Shown here: positions 53,005 to 64,000 of the stretch, in pieces | Numbering within the stretch: the first letter of the stretch is position 1 | Layout: each line of letters opens with the position of its first letter | NCBI GenBank assembly: GCA_963713605.1 | Contig: CAVQMO010000001.1 | Span: forward strand, 736,001-800,000 | Length of the DNA stretch: 64,000 nucleotides | From: an uncultured Nitrososphaerales archaeon | Lineage (GTDB): Archaea; Thermoproteota; Nitrososphaeria; Nitrososphaerales; Nitrososphaeraceae | Reading direction: 5' to 3' | The notes under the pieces: generated by a model | The model's database searches: none | What the model was told of the DNA's origin: nothing | What the model saw: the letters and a program-made list of their open reading frames with translations, nothing else | Program-made: the position numbers and the translations under genes

Positions 53005-54406
53005 ATGACAACTGAAAATTTGAACATGGATTATAGTAAGTATGACTTTAGGGATTCAATTGATAAGTATGTTTATTTAAGTAAGAAGGGACTTGCTAGA
53101 GAGACTGTAGAGGAGATTAGTCGGCTAAAAGACGAACCAGAATGGATGAAACAATTTAGGCTGCGCTCATATGATGTTTTCATGAGTAAGCCAATGCCTA
53201 ATTGGGGCGGGAACCTGTCAAAGATTGACTTCCAGAATATCTTCTATTACGCAAAGGCGTCAGAAAAACAAGGCAAGAGTTGGGAGGACGTGCCAGAATC
53301 AGTGCGAAATACGTTCGAGAAGTTAGGAATTCCAGAGGCAGAAAGGAAATTCTTAGCCGGAGTAGGTGCGCAGTACGAATCAGAGGTGGTGTATCACAAC
53401 CTTCGTGAGGATCTTGCCAGTCAAGGGGTAATATTTGTGGATACTGATACCGCGGTAAAAAAGCATCCAGACCTTCTAAGGAAGTATTTTGGGAAAATAA
53501 TCCCTCCTGAAGACAACAAATTTGCCGCATTGAATAGTGCAGTCTGGTCAGGTGGTTCCTTTATTTACGTACCACCAAATGTGAAAGTGGATCTTCCATT
53601 GCAGGCTTACTTCAGAATAAATGCAGAAAACATTGGTCAATTTGAAAGAACACTCATAGTTGCTGATGAGGGCGCAGAAGTTCACTATATTGAGGGATGC
53701 ACGGCGCCTATTTACTCTACAGAATCATTGCATTCTGCGGTTGTAGAGCTGAATAGCAAAGAAGGGAGCAAAGATCCGATATACTACAATCCAAAACTGG
53801 AGTAAAGATGTCTATAATCTAGTAACAAAAAGGGCATATGCCTACGAGAATGCCTCAGTCGAATGGATAGATGGCAACTTAGGAAGCAAGCTCACGATGA
53901 AGTATCCAGGAGTATACATGTTAGGACGAAATGCTCATGCCGAGGTAGTATCGGTAGCTTTTGCTGGCGCAGGTCAACATCAGGATGCTGGGGCAAAAGC
54001 GGTGCACTTGGCTTCTAACACTACCTCCCGAATTACAAGCAAATCTGTTAGTAAGGACTCAGGAAGAACAACATATAGGGGACTCTTGCATGTGGCTAAA
54101 GGTGCAAACGGGGTAAAGTCTAACGTCAGATGTGATGCTCTTCTCCTTGATGAAAAGTCTAGAACGGACACTTATCCTTATGTTGAGGTAAATGAAGAGG
54201 ATGCTACTATTTCTCATGAGGCGACTGTAGGCAGGATAGGAGAAGATCAAATATTTTACCTGATGAGCAGGGGATTTACAGAATCAGATGCCTTGTCTCT
54301 CATAGTTGGAGGATTCATGGAGCCATTCACGAAAGAACTCCCAATGGAATATGCAGTAGAGCTGAACAGGTTAGTCAAGCTCGAAATGGAAGGGTCAGTC
54401 GGCTAA
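53005..54406 (+). CDS. sufB: Fe-S cluster assembly protein SufB (frameshift near 53755)
   Basis: [39 protein letters not shown]. Confidence 0.95.
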
Positions 54407-54450
54407 TTTTAATTTGATGCGATGATATAGCGTGATAGGATGGAATAGAG

Positions 54451-55872
54451 TTGCCAAGTCTATCATCTTTGAGCTTAGAGGATATTAGTGCCTTATCGTC
54501 ACTTTATGGCGAGCCTGAATGGATGAGTCGTATAAGAGAGCGGAACTTCGTAAAGTACCAATCACTTCCACACGAAATATCGCCTTTATATTCCAAATAT
54601 TCTGATGTTAATCGACTTTATCCGGATCGGGTAGAGTTATCCGTAGCATCTAACTCATCGGAGTCAAGCGAATTTTTATCAGATAGAATGAATGAACTAG
54701 ACAAAGATGTCGGCCTAATAAGGGCCGGATCTACGGTAATCAAGCTCAATAAGAGTGATTTAGAATCAGCAGGAGATACTATTGTTATAGAGGATCTTTC
54801 CAAGGCAGTCGAAAGTCACGAAGGAAAGATTAAGGACGCTTTGTTGAAACATGCAGGAGGTCAAGACGAAGATAAGTTTTTAGCCCTTGAATCCTCTGCC
54901 TTCAGATCTGGGATATTTATTTACATTCCTAAGAATATTATTGTCGAAAACCCAATTAGGCTAGTTTGTGCGCTCAGTCAGGATAAGGCATCTTCTATCA
55001 GTCGTAATCTGTTTATCGCCGACGAAGGCTCAAAATGTACTATCGTTCAAGAATTGTACTCTCCCAGCGCTCCAGGGCCTTCAAGTGTTCAGCAGGGAGT
55101 CTTTGAACTGACAGAATGTCACGTCGGTTACGGGTCTAATTTAGAGATGATAACCCTTGAGGCTCTAGATTCAAGCAATATTTCATTTTTGAACAAGAAG
55201 GCATGGGTTGAACGGGATGCAAAGATGTCATGGTATCATGGCTTGTTTGGAGGTCAAACTACTAGATGTAAGGTAGACAGTATCATGATTGGCACTGGGT
55301 CTTCTGCTGAGGATGTTGAGATCATTTTCGGTAATGCTACTCAGTCTTTTGATATCACATCGAATCTGAACCACATCGGCAGGCATTCCAGAGGTCGAGT
55401 GTTGGTCAAATCTGTAATGCGTGATAAATCAAAATCCTTGTTTAAGGGTATGATAAAGATTGGGAACGATGCTAAAGCATCTGAATCCTATCTTGCCGGC
55501 CACGCTATCTTGTTGGATAAGGACGCAAAATCTGATGCGATACCAGGCTTGGAGATCGAGACTAATGAAGTAAGGGCAACTCATGCGGCCTCGGTGGCTC
55601 AAATTGATGAGGCCCAAATATACTATTTAATGTGTAGAGGACTGGATAGAGATTCTGCAAAGCGTGAGATTGTGAGTGGATTTCTAGAACCATTGTCTAG
55701 AAAGATGGGCCCCACTATCAGGGCATGGATCAACTACCTGTTAGAAAATAAATGGTCTGGAAAGCCTCTCATTCTTAAGGCTGATGATGCTCTGGAACAG
55801 ATGTTGGAAGTAGAGAGATCAAGGTATAGAGAGTCACAGGATTTGTTCGAAAAGCACTACAAGTATCGGTAG
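54451..55872 (+). CDS. sufD: Fe-S cluster assembly protein SufD
   Basis: DAIPGLEI, ATHAASV, YYLMCRG. Confidence 0.88.
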   Translation: MPSLSSLSLEDISALSSLYGEPEWMSRIRERNFVKYQSLPHEISPLYSKYSDVNRLYPDRVELSVASNSSESSEFLSDRMNELDKDVGLIRAGSTVIKLNKSDLESAGDTIVIEDLSKAVESHEGKIKDALLKHAGGQDEDKFLALESSAFRSGIFIYIPKNIIVENPIRLVCALSQDKASSISRNLFIADEGSKCTIVQELYSPSAPGPSSVQQGVFELTECHVGYGSNLEMITLEALDSSNISFLNKKAWVERDAKMSWYHGLFGGQTTRCKVDSIMIGTGSSAEDVEIIFGNATQSFDITSNLNHIGRHSRGRVLVKSVMRDKSKSLFKGMIKIGNDAKASESYLAGHAILLDKDAKSDAIPGLEIETNEVRATHAASVAQIDEAQIYYLMCRGLDRDSAKREIVSGFLEPLSRKMGPTIRAWINYLLENKWSGKPLILKADDALEQMLEVERSRYRESQDLFEKHYKYR

Positions 55873-55893
55873 AATTAGTCGTAGCAACTTTAC

Positions 55894-56425
55894 TCAATAC
55901 CCCTGCAAAACCTCATTCAGTTTAATTCTCAAATTCGTCATGCTGATCGGCTTTATGATAAAGTCCTTCACGTCAATGGATGGGAGGTACCTTACTGAAT
56001 TCTTCTTTATTTATTTCAAAAGCTGTGATGAAGACGATTTTCATCGATGGATTTTTCTCTTTGATCTTACGGTATAACTCAAATCCATTCATCCGTGGCA
56101 TCCGAATATCAGTCAGAACAAGATTGTAATAATCATGTGGATGGCTATCTAAAGCTTCTAGTGCATTCCAGCCGTTAGTAAAAGTCTCTACCATGAAGGT
56201 ATCTCCAACTCGTTTCGCATCGTGTTCCCTAAATTCGCCTTGGTTCGATGCTCCTTCATTTTGTTGCGTATCTGGAATACTCGTATCGCTTGAGGCCGGC
56301 ATTTCCGAAGCTGAGGAGGAGAGAGGAGATTCGAGATCCCGCTTAATTATTCTAAGTATATCCTTCTCGTCATCAACAACCATAATTCTAGGAAGCACGT
56401 CCCTATCAAGATTGTTGACCATCAC
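55894..56425 (-). CDS. Response regulator receiver protein (frameshift near 55990)
   Basis: IMVVDDE, LTDIRMPRMNG, FITA; DFIIKPI continues in another frame to the stop at 55894. Confidence 0.88.
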
Positions 56426-56607
56426 TATTCCAGAAAATTACTAGTATTTAATTTTATCAAATAGCCAGTTGCACAAATAACCCCTGTTACAAAAAGGTTT
56501 GTCGTGGTGATCTATGCCATTTCTTTTTGAATGAAAGTCTTTGTAAACTGCTCAAGAGACTGTCATCATAGTAGGGCTAAAGTTCCCCAATTAATAGGAG
56601 AAATCTC

Positions 56608-56793
56608 CTATCTATCAAACTTGTAATTCGAGGTGAATGGACTATCGGACAGGATCATTTCTACCTTTGTAATTCGAGTATGGCCTGTTTGTGTCTTGTG
56701 ATCACTGACGTCTGCGTGAAAAATGAAATGCGAATCACATTCCTGACATATCCAAATCATCTTTAGGTCTTCTGGGTGCATATATATGTACAA
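56608..56793 (-). CDS. C2H2-type zinc-finger microprotein
   Basis: WICQECDSHF..DHKTQTGH. Confidence 0.75.
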   Translation of the reverse strand: MYIYMHPEDLKMIWICQECDSHFIFHADVSDHKTQTGHTRITKVEMILSDSPFTSNYKFDR

Positions 56794-56979
56794 AACTGCC
56801 TTTAATTGGATTTAAGAGATGAGTAACATATCTCTTAGCAATCTTATCCTCCATTAGCCCGTGCAAAAGGTTCATCATAAAGCCTTAAAACAAAAATCAT
56901 TGGAATGTACCATCCGCATGCTATACGATGATTCAACATAAACATATTTTTTGTAAATCCACTATATGACATGTATATA

Positions 56980-58797
56980 TTAATTCAAGGGGAGTGTGAA
57001 CTTGAATGTAGCTCCTTTTACCTCATTATTTTCTGCCCAAATGATTCCCCCATGGGCTTCGACTATCTTTTTTGATATAAATAGCCCTAGCCCTGTTCCG
57101 TTCTCCGATGACGAAACAAATTTAGAGAATAATTTGGGCATAATTTCACTCTCTATGCCTGAACCGGTGTCCTTGACCGTTATTTCTATATCTTTTTTAT
57201 TTCTAATCACACTTATTGTGATTTTTCCTTCATTTGTGAATCTTACTGCGTTATCAATTAGATTTATAATAACTTGAAGAATCCTAGCCTTATCAGCAAC
57301 GATATTGCACCGGAACGGTTCGTAAATTATTTCCCAGTTTTTTGAATTCCCGGACAATTGTCTCTGAGTTGTTTCTCGTATGGCCCTATGAATAAGATGA
57401 TCTAAATCAAAGTTCTCCTTGTTGAGTTTGAGGGTCTTGCTTTCAATTCGGGTGACGTCCAAGATATCTGACGCAAGGCGATCTAGTCTCTTTGCATTAA
57501 GAATTATTGGTCGAATTTGATCTTCACCCACTAGGATCCGACTCTGGTTGCCATGAAATCTATGAGAAAGAAACTCCGCCTCGCTCAGTATTGGAAGTAT
57601 GGGAGTTTTGAGCTCATGAGCTGCTATATCTATGAATTCCTTCTGAATCCTATCATGTGCTTGCAACTGCTCGTTTGTCCCAGCTAAAAGTCGATTTGAA
57701 TCACCTAGGGAAACATTTGCTTTTTCTAATTCTCTAGTCCGCTCGCGGACTGCCTTTTCGAGCTTCTTATTCCATGATAAGATCAGAACCGCAATGCCCA
57801 CTGCTATTAGTGCAATTACAATTATTATTTGACTGCTCAAGTTCTTCTGTTGTTCTATGACTAGTCCGACGTCGGTCGCCAAATTATGCGGGGAGCCTAA
57901 AAATAGTGTCCATATGTGTTTTCCATCTACATTTATTGGCTGGTACGAAATGGTCGTTGTGGTTCGATTGAAGGTAATGTCTTCAGCCCCAGGAGTCGCT
58001 TCCAAGGAGCGTGTAAGAATTCCAATATACTCTGATTTCACTTGATTAGGAACAGTTGCTTGAAAGTCGTCGGATTCGTAGTTTTTTCCTACCAAGGATT
58101 GATTCCGGGCGTAAAGTATAGTGCCATTCTTATCCATCAAACCCACATTACTAATAAATTCAGGTGAAATTTCATTCTGCAAGAATGCACCCAGTGAATC
58201 CAGATTTACAACCGCAACTATTACTCCATCGAATGCCGCTTCGCCCTCTGCATTATTAGTGTCATTGTTCTTTGTTGACATAATTGGATACGAAATGTAG
58301 AATCTTGGCAGCATATCCGGTGAATCAATGGCGTTGCTGTAATAGGGAACGTGAGTAGATTGAGGAATCCTATAAAACTCCCTGTCACTTAAATCAAATC
58401 CACGGTAGCCTTCTAATTCGCTTGTGTTCTGTGTGCTCCAGGCGGTAAGTTTACCGTCTTTGTCTAACCAGTAGTACCCTTCGGTAAGCTCAGAAGTCGA
58501 AGACTGCGTATTGTTGAGAAGCGTTAGACCACCATCCACGTGTCCATCATGGATTGGTTGTGAATTTGCTAAAGATCTCAAATTACTTGTCACAGATTCA
58601 AGCGTGTGCAGAAGAATCTGAGAGAGATCGTGCGCTTCAATTCGTGCATTAGATCTAACATCGACAGAAGCAATTCTTGCAATTTCATCGGCAGTATATG
58701 CCGAATATCTAAAAGAAATAACAGAAAGAGAAAGCCCTATAAGTGCAATCACTAGCAGAAGTACGATATTTTTTCTTGAAAAAATAATACCCGCCAA
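56980..58797 (-). CDS. Membrane sensor histidine kinase with Cache-like extracellular domain
   Basis: Two TMs, DLSDREFY Cache-like motif, AAHELKTP, NLIDNA, DTGSG, GTGLGL. Confidence 0.93.
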   Translation of the reverse strand: MAGIIFSRKNIVLLLVIALIGLSLSVISFRYSAYTADEIARIASVDVRSNARIEAHDLSQILLHTLESVTSNLRSLANSQPIHDGHVDGGLTLLNNTQSSTSELTEGYYWLDKDGKLTAWSTQNTSELEGYRGFDLSDREFYRIPQSTHVPYYSNAIDSPDMLPRFYISYPIMSTKNNDTNNAEGEAAFDGVIVAVVNLDSLGAFLQNEISPEFISNVGLMDKNGTILYARNQSLVGKNYESDDFQATVPNQVKSEYIGILTRSLEATPGAEDITFNRTTTTISYQPINVDGKHIWTLFLGSPHNLATDVGLVIEQQKNLSSQIIIVIALIAVGIAVLILSWNKKLEKAVRERTRELEKANVSLGDSNRLLAGTNEQLQAHDRIQKEFIDIAAHELKTPILPILSEAEFLSHRFHGNQSRILVGEDQIRPIILNAKRLDRLASDILDVTRIESKTLKLNKENFDLDHLIHRAIRETTQRQLSGNSKNWEIIYEPFRCNIVADKARILQVIINLIDNAVRFTNEGKITISVIRNKKDIEITVKDTGSGIESEIMPKLFSKFVSSSENGTGLGLFISKKIVEAHGGIIWAENNEVKGATFKFTLPLN

Positions 58798-58895
58798 TGG
58801 TTAGTACAACGTTTAAACGCATTTCGGGTAGATAAGTCATGCCAAAAAGTCATCCGAAAGGAGGAACGATCTGATTTGCCATCTAATTAGATACC

Positions 58896-58959
58896 CATGT
58901 CGTCCTAGTATATGTATTTCTTGAACATGTCGTCCTAGTATTAAGTATATGTGTTTCTT
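58896..58959. repeat. Tandem duplication in a divergent promoter region
   Basis: CATGTCGTCCTAGTAT at 58896 and 58926; AGTATATGT(A/G)TTTCTT at 58907 and 58944. Confidence 0.75.
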
Positions 58960-59003
58960 TATATTTAATAAACATATATCTCCATTAATCGATATCTATT
59001 GAA

Positions 59004-59321
59004 ATGTCCCTTCCAAAGAGATGCTCACATCAAGAGGAATATTTTAGCTGCACACTACCACCTTCTTATATAATTTCAATTCAAGAAGGAAAAGACGAGT
59101 TCCTAGTAGGTGTATACTGTGAAAGACACAGCAGGGAGATGGAAATGAATCTGGCTTCGGTACTGCGAAGAGAAAATAGTCCGGAAAGGAACATGAAAAT
59201 TGAAAAATTGAGATTTGTATCAACTGAATGTATACGTACATGCACTACGAATCGGCCCATTTCCGAGCGATCTTCAAGCTTTAATGACAGTCAACTAATG
59301 AACGAGAGGGAAGACTCTTAG
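59004..59321 (+). CDS. Small Cys/His zinc-binding hypothetical protein
   Basis: CS..C..PP, YCERH, ECIRTC. Confidence 0.65.
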   Translation: MSLPKRCSHQEEYFSCTLPPSYIISIQEGKDEFLVGVYCERHSREMEMNLASVLRRENSPERNMKIEKLRFVSTECIRTCTTNRPISERSSSFNDSQLMNEREDS

Positions 59322-59333
59322 CTAAGCAAAATT

Positions 59334-60020
59334 GTGTATTTGGAAAAAAATATTATTGGGATTATAATGAACACCAGGGGTCTGAATAGACTGATGGACC
59401 CCTTTGAAAAAGCTCTATTGGCATCGGTGTATGTGAGTAATATTGAACCTAGTATCAGTTCTATTGATAGACTTAGGTCGAGAATGTATCTACCTATAAA
59501 GATATTTAATGACAAAATACGACACATGATTTCTATTGGTCTACTAGAAAAGGATACTCCGCCAAGACTGAGTTTCTTGGGGCGGGACGCTATAAAAGTA
59601 GTTTTAGTCGGCGGCGTTTTCGATGTAATTCATCCCGGTCATATCCATACACTCAAGGCAGCAAAACAACATGGGGATGTCCTGGTAGTCGTAATAGCTC
59701 GGACATCTACAGCGGCTAAAATAAAGAAAGGTAGAAGGATCTATCATGGTGAGAATTTGAGAAAGGAACTTGTTTCGTCCCTTTCATTCGTGGATCTGGC
59801 TATAATTGGCAGTCAAGTGTCATTATATGACACGGTAGAACGTGTATCACCGGATATTATTGCCTTAGGCTATGATCAGATCCATAGCGAAAAGGAGATC
59901 TCTCAGAACTGTAAGGATAGAAACTTGGCAGTAAGGATCATTAGACTAAACACCCCGGTTCCGGGCATTAAGAGTTCACAGATCAAGGATGAAATGGGGA
60001 ATTCAATTTATGGTATCTAA
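59334..60020 (+). CDS. ribL: Archaeal FAD synthase (cytidylyltransferase family) with N-terminal extension
   Basis: GGVFDVIHPGH, PDIIALGYDQ, KSSQIK; adjacent to ribK. Confidence 0.8.
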   Translation: MYLEKNIIGIIMNTRGLNRLMDPFEKALLASVYVSNIEPSISSIDRLRSRMYLPIKIFNDKIRHMISIGLLEKDTPPRLSFLGRDAIKVVLVGGVFDVIHPGHIHTLKAAKQHGDVLVVVIARTSTAAKIKKGRRIYHGENLRKELVSSLSFVDLAIIGSQVSLYDTVERVSPDIIALGYDQIHSEKEISQNCKDRNLAVRIIRLNTPVPGIKSSQIKDEMGNSIYGI

Positions 60021-60731
60021 GTGGCCGCAAGTTGAGGACCTTTTGAAGTCATAGTTACAAATACCTTGACAGAGTCTCCATTTTTGATTCCCAATGAATC
60101 CTTAATACAAACAGGTGCAATTACCTCCAGCATACTGTTATCGTAGTGAGTTCTTTCCAGAACTATAACTGCAGCTTTGTCTAGAGCCCCATCGTTTAAG
60201 ATGGCAGGGTAGCATTTAACCCATCCATAGGATCTTGAAGTATCAGTAAATCCTCGAACGAATATCGAAGGATAATTGTCCATCATACTTCTCATCCGCA
60301 TGGATGATTGATTGAGTAGCTTTAAGTTTAATGTTCCAGCGTAAGGTTCATAGCCAAGTTTTTCATTGAACTGGCTTCGATAGCCATCCAATGACATATA
60401 GTAGGCACCTTCTCCCATGCCCGAAACGACCTTACCATCCAGTTGCAAACCCGATCTGTCAAGAATTTCTACGGAGTCTCTTGATAGTCTCGTGCAGATT
60501 AAGTACCTCGTCAACCCCTCTGTCAGTAATCATTATCCTGAATTTCTGACCCGCTTTTGTTCGTTCCAGTAATCCCGCCTTCTCTAACTCTACAAGATAC
60601 TTGGAAGCGGATTGTTGGGATCTGTTAATAATGTTGCCAAGTTCTGTGGTCGTGATCTCAACACACGGTCCTCCTTTTCCGAACTTCAACAAATATGCTA
60701 AGGTGAGGATATGTTGCAGGTTGGGATGCAT
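60017..60731 (-). CDS. ribK: CTP-dependent riboflavin kinase with N-terminal wHTH (frameshift near 60470)
   Basis: SQQSASKYL wHTH; GKVVSGMGEG, PYAGTLN, ERTHY. Confidence 0.9.
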
Positions 60732-62010
60732 CTAATTGGGGATACCCAATTCTTCAAAAGTATGTACCTTGACCGTAGAAGGCTTCTTGCTCGCCGTGGT
60801 TCTATGGCCTACAATGTATTCGATCCCTGCTCGATCTGCAACATCTATGAGCCTCTGAGTGACGATCCCATCTAGAACTAGAAATTTTCCACCCTCATTA
60901 TCCCCCAGCTGTTTTACAATATCTGAAACGGGCACCTTGACTAGAATCCTCATAGAATCGTCCAACAGCACCGCTTCTAAAGTCTCATTTATCTCAGAAA
61001 ACACATTTTGCACCTTCAATACCATCTCTTGGTCATGTTCTGCTTGCAAAATCTCCTTTCCCTCGTGGTCAGCGATCCTGGTAGTTCGCCCTCCATAGGA
61101 TTGGGGGCTAGTTTCTGATTCTTCTTCATGCTTTCGATAATTATGTTTTGTATCCTGTGGCTGTTGTGTCGCAGTAGACCTAGTATGGTGTGCAATAGCG
61201 GGATGACCAACAGCTTCGCGCAATATCTCAGCGATCTCGAGGGGGGTGCATTCCTCAACCTCTCTCCCATTGGGAGCTCTGAGCACCTTATCTATCTTAA
61301 CTAAACCATGCAGTTCTTTCAAAATAAGATCGCCCGCTCTGTCTCCGTCAAGAAATGCCACAACTCTCTTACCTTCAGTTAGTTTAATTATACTTTCATC
61401 GACTTTCGCTCCTTCTATTGCGATAGCGTTGTCGAAGCCAGCCCTAAGTAGATTTATGACATCTGCTCGTCCTTCAACCAGAATAATCCAATCAGAATCA
61501 AAAACGCCTGTGCCACATGCCAGCCTGTGCTTTACCAAATGCCGTTAGCTTACCAGGCTTGCTAGCATCGTACACGTCTTTAAGCATTTCCTCCCCCTCG
61601 CTTATGGTCTTAGTTGCCCATTCTTGGACTATCCTCTTTGCACGGTCTACGATAATCTTTTTCTTTATTGCTCTGATATCGTCTATGCCGACTAGGAGGA
61701 ACTTCGCTTGAAACGGACCTACTTTATCAATACTTTCAATTGCCGCTGCAATCAACGCGGCGGTTGAGATATCTGTACTCATGGGTATAACTGCGTCTCC
61801 CTTAGCTATGTTAGATCTCGTATCAACATTTACTTCAATTCTTCCTACCTTCGAAACCTTCTGTAATTCATTCAAGTTCATCTCTGGTCCAAGAAGACCT
61901 TCTGTCTGTCCAAAAATGGCGCCAATTATATCCGCCTTCTCAACCAGTCCATCTACTTCGAATTTTAATTTAACATGATATTTAACAATACCTGTATTAG
62001 GCAATCTCAT
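60732..62010 (-). CDS. dnaG: Archaeal DnaG (frameshift near 61530)
   Basis: GAIFGQTEGLLG, VEGRADVINL, FLDGDRAG. Confidence 0.93.
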
Positions 62011-62131
62011 AACCTCATTATTATTAAGTGAATGTAAGGTGAGCTGGCCAGAATATAAGTGCTTTGAAGGAACAAATTCTAAATTTATGACTCTACATTT
62101 CGTTTCCTTTGAGTAAGATAAAAGTATAATG

Positions 62132-62551
62132 TCAAGAATAATTAGGTAAAAATTTTGATCCTGCGTTCTGGTAGGAGCCTATGTCCTCAATATGACGAAC
62201 TTTTCCATTCGTAATTTCACATAATTTCTTCTTATAGGTAAGATTTACATTGCTGCCTATTCTCTGAAGGAGAGAAACTAGTCTGCTAGTCAAGTATTTT
62301 CCAGTTCGATCCATATCCAATAAAAGAATAATCTTTTTGTCAGTCATTTGATGGCTGTCGACAAAATCTAAAATCCCCTTGAATCTGTTATACACAGTAA
62401 CTTCACCAATGAAACCCAACCTTGTGAGGGCCGCCGAATCTCGCTTCCCCTCGACCACTATTATGGAACCATTTTCAGACTCATGGTTTAAAGTGCGAAT
62501 AAATTCACTAATCCTCTCAAAGACAGCTGCGTCAGTATTTCGGTAGACCAT
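62132..62551 (-). CDS. Small TOPRIM domain protein
   Basis: IVVEGKRD, LLDMDRTG. Confidence 0.88.
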   Translation of the reverse strand: MVYRNTDAAVFERISEFIRTLNHESENGSIIVVEGKRDSAALTRLGFIGEVTVYNRFKGILDFVDSHQMTDKKIILLLDMDRTGKYLTSRLVSLLQRIGSNVNLTYKKKLCEITNGKVRHIEDIGSYQNAGSKFLPNYS

Positions 62552-62698
62552 GTTGTGACAAAAAACAATCGCCTTTAAAAGGATACGTGTATACTAAAAG
62601 GCAATTCAGTTTTTTCTATTTTCTTATCTTACAAAGACAAAGTAGGACTATCCAAATAAGGGAGGATAGCTTCATTGATTATTGAGGGCAAATCATAA

Positions 62699-63031
62699 TT
62701 GGTTTTCTCGTCAATGGAAATGAATATTGCAGGTGCCGAGTGGTTCATAATTGCTTTTGTGTTTATCGTCCTTTTCTTTGGTTCAAAAAACTTAGCTTCT
62801 TTTTCAAGAACGATTGGCAGAGCCATGGCGGAATATCAAAAAGCTAAAAGTGGAATTGAAAGGGAAATGTCGTCGACAAACCTCCCCCTTATCAGCCCCA
62901 AAATTTCTCCCATTTCTTCTGAGCGAGAGAAGCTTGAAATAATTGCAAAGTCCCTTGGAATTGAATACCAAAACCTACCTGACGACACTTTGAGAGATAT
63001 GGTCTCCAGAAAATTGCAGGATACTGGCTAA
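62699..63031 (+). CDS. tatA: Twin-arginine translocase TatA/E family subunit
   Basis: EWFIIAFVFIVLFFGSKNLASFSRTIGRAMAEY. Confidence 0.8.
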   Translation: MVFSSMEMNIAGAEWFIIAFVFIVLFFGSKNLASFSRTIGRAMAEYQKAKSGIEREMSSTNLPLISPKISPISSEREKLEIIAKSLGIEYQNLPDDTLRDMVSRKLQDTG

Positions 63032-63106
63032 TTGCAGACGAAGTGATTCTAAAGTGTGTCTCAAGCAATTCAACACTTAAATACACCAAATTTTTCTGAT
63101 GATCTA

Positions 63107-64000
63107 ATGTCAGAATCGCTTAATCCATTTGAGGTTGCTGTAAGACAGCTGAGACGAGGCCGCAAAACTGGCAAAACTTGACAAGGGCATGAGAGATATT
63201 CTCGCAAGCCCAAATCGTGTTTTGACAGTAGCAGTTCCGGCAAGGATGGACAATGGAGAAATAAAGGTTTACACCGGCTTCAGATCACAACATAATTCTG
63301 CGCGGGGACCTTACAAAGGTGGTATCCGATACCACCCACAGGTTACCGTTGATGAAGTTAAGGCATTATCAATGTGGATGACTTGGAAATGTGCCATTGC
63401 CAACATACCGTATGGTGGTGGTAAGGGAGGCATAATTTGCAACCCCAAAAAGTTGTCAGAGAATGAAATTGAAAGGATCACAAGAAGATATGCCTATTCG
63501 ATCGCAGATATCATCGGGCCGTTGACTGACATTCCTGCCCCTGATGTATATACAGGAGGAAGGGAAATGGCATGGATAATGGATACTTATTCGGCTCTTA
63601 AGGGGAATTATTTGCAACCCGATGTAGTTACAGGTAAGCCTCTTTCAATCGGCGGCTCCCTAGGACGTAACGAAGCCACGGGGCGGGGAGTGTCTATTAC
63701 AGTACGGGAGGCCGCAAAGAAGCTTGGCATCAATTTGAAAGGTGCCAAGGTTGCTATTCAAGGATTCGGTAATGCAGGACAATTTGCTCGCTATTCTCTT
63801 AACCGAGATGGGAATGAAAGTGATTGCAGTGTCGGACTCTAGAGGTTCAATTCATAATCCGGATGGAATAGATGTCGAGTCACTCCGGATTCACAAGTTG
63901 AAAAATGGTACAGTTGCGGATTTCCAAGGTGCAAGTCCGATAGACGATAGTGAGCTCCTGGAGCTTGATTGTACTGTGTTGGTTCCTGCAGCATTAGAAA
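63107..64000 (+). CDS. gdhA: Glutamate dehydrogenase (frameshifts near 63152 and 63800; runs off the window)
   Basis: GPYKGGIRYHP, GGGKGG, DIPAPDV, GFGNAG; start MSESLNPFE at 63107. Confidence 0.93.

Noticed and set aside
53005..54406. Split sufB as an intein, programmed frameshift or pseudogene
   Set aside because: Normal total length; a single indel like many others in the window

Overview
Archaeal chromosome segment with a gene content typical of an ammonia-oxidising thaumarchaeon (Nitrososphaeraceae-like). This assignment is inferred from archaeal housekeeping genes (aglB, rpl10e, rpl21e, rpo4, radA, archaeal dnaG, CTP-dependent ribK, cofE, endA), intron-containing tRNAs and many small Zn-finger proteins. 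The first ~11 kb and ~22-25 kb look accessory: an isoprenoid-synthase-fold gene with a decayed paralog, a CarH-type B12-binding protein, P-II, nitroreductase, a nucleotide cyclase and a K+ channel. The rest is mostly core: leuC/D/B, a complete sirC-hemABLC-cobA-hemD cluster, sufBD, ribL/ribK, dnaG, tatA and gdhA. There are three tRNAs: Ala-TGC with an intron, Gly-GCC, and Glu-CTC with a T-loop intron. About 15 genes, many essential, carry 1-2 nt indels, which points to read or assembly errors rather than pseudogenes. Highlights: (i) an unannotated double-guide C/D-box sRNA whose two guides fit adjacent 23S rRNA H69-H71 sites; (ii) an apparent AglB-cyclophilin fusion; (iii) an uncharacterised wHTH/coiled-coil protein paired with a P-loop ATPase; (iv) a CarH-like B12 sensor divergent from a DDxxD isoprenoid-synthase-like gene; (v) several micro-ORFs missing from the ORF track (dodecin, C2H2, TRASH-like, CxxC-HxxH).
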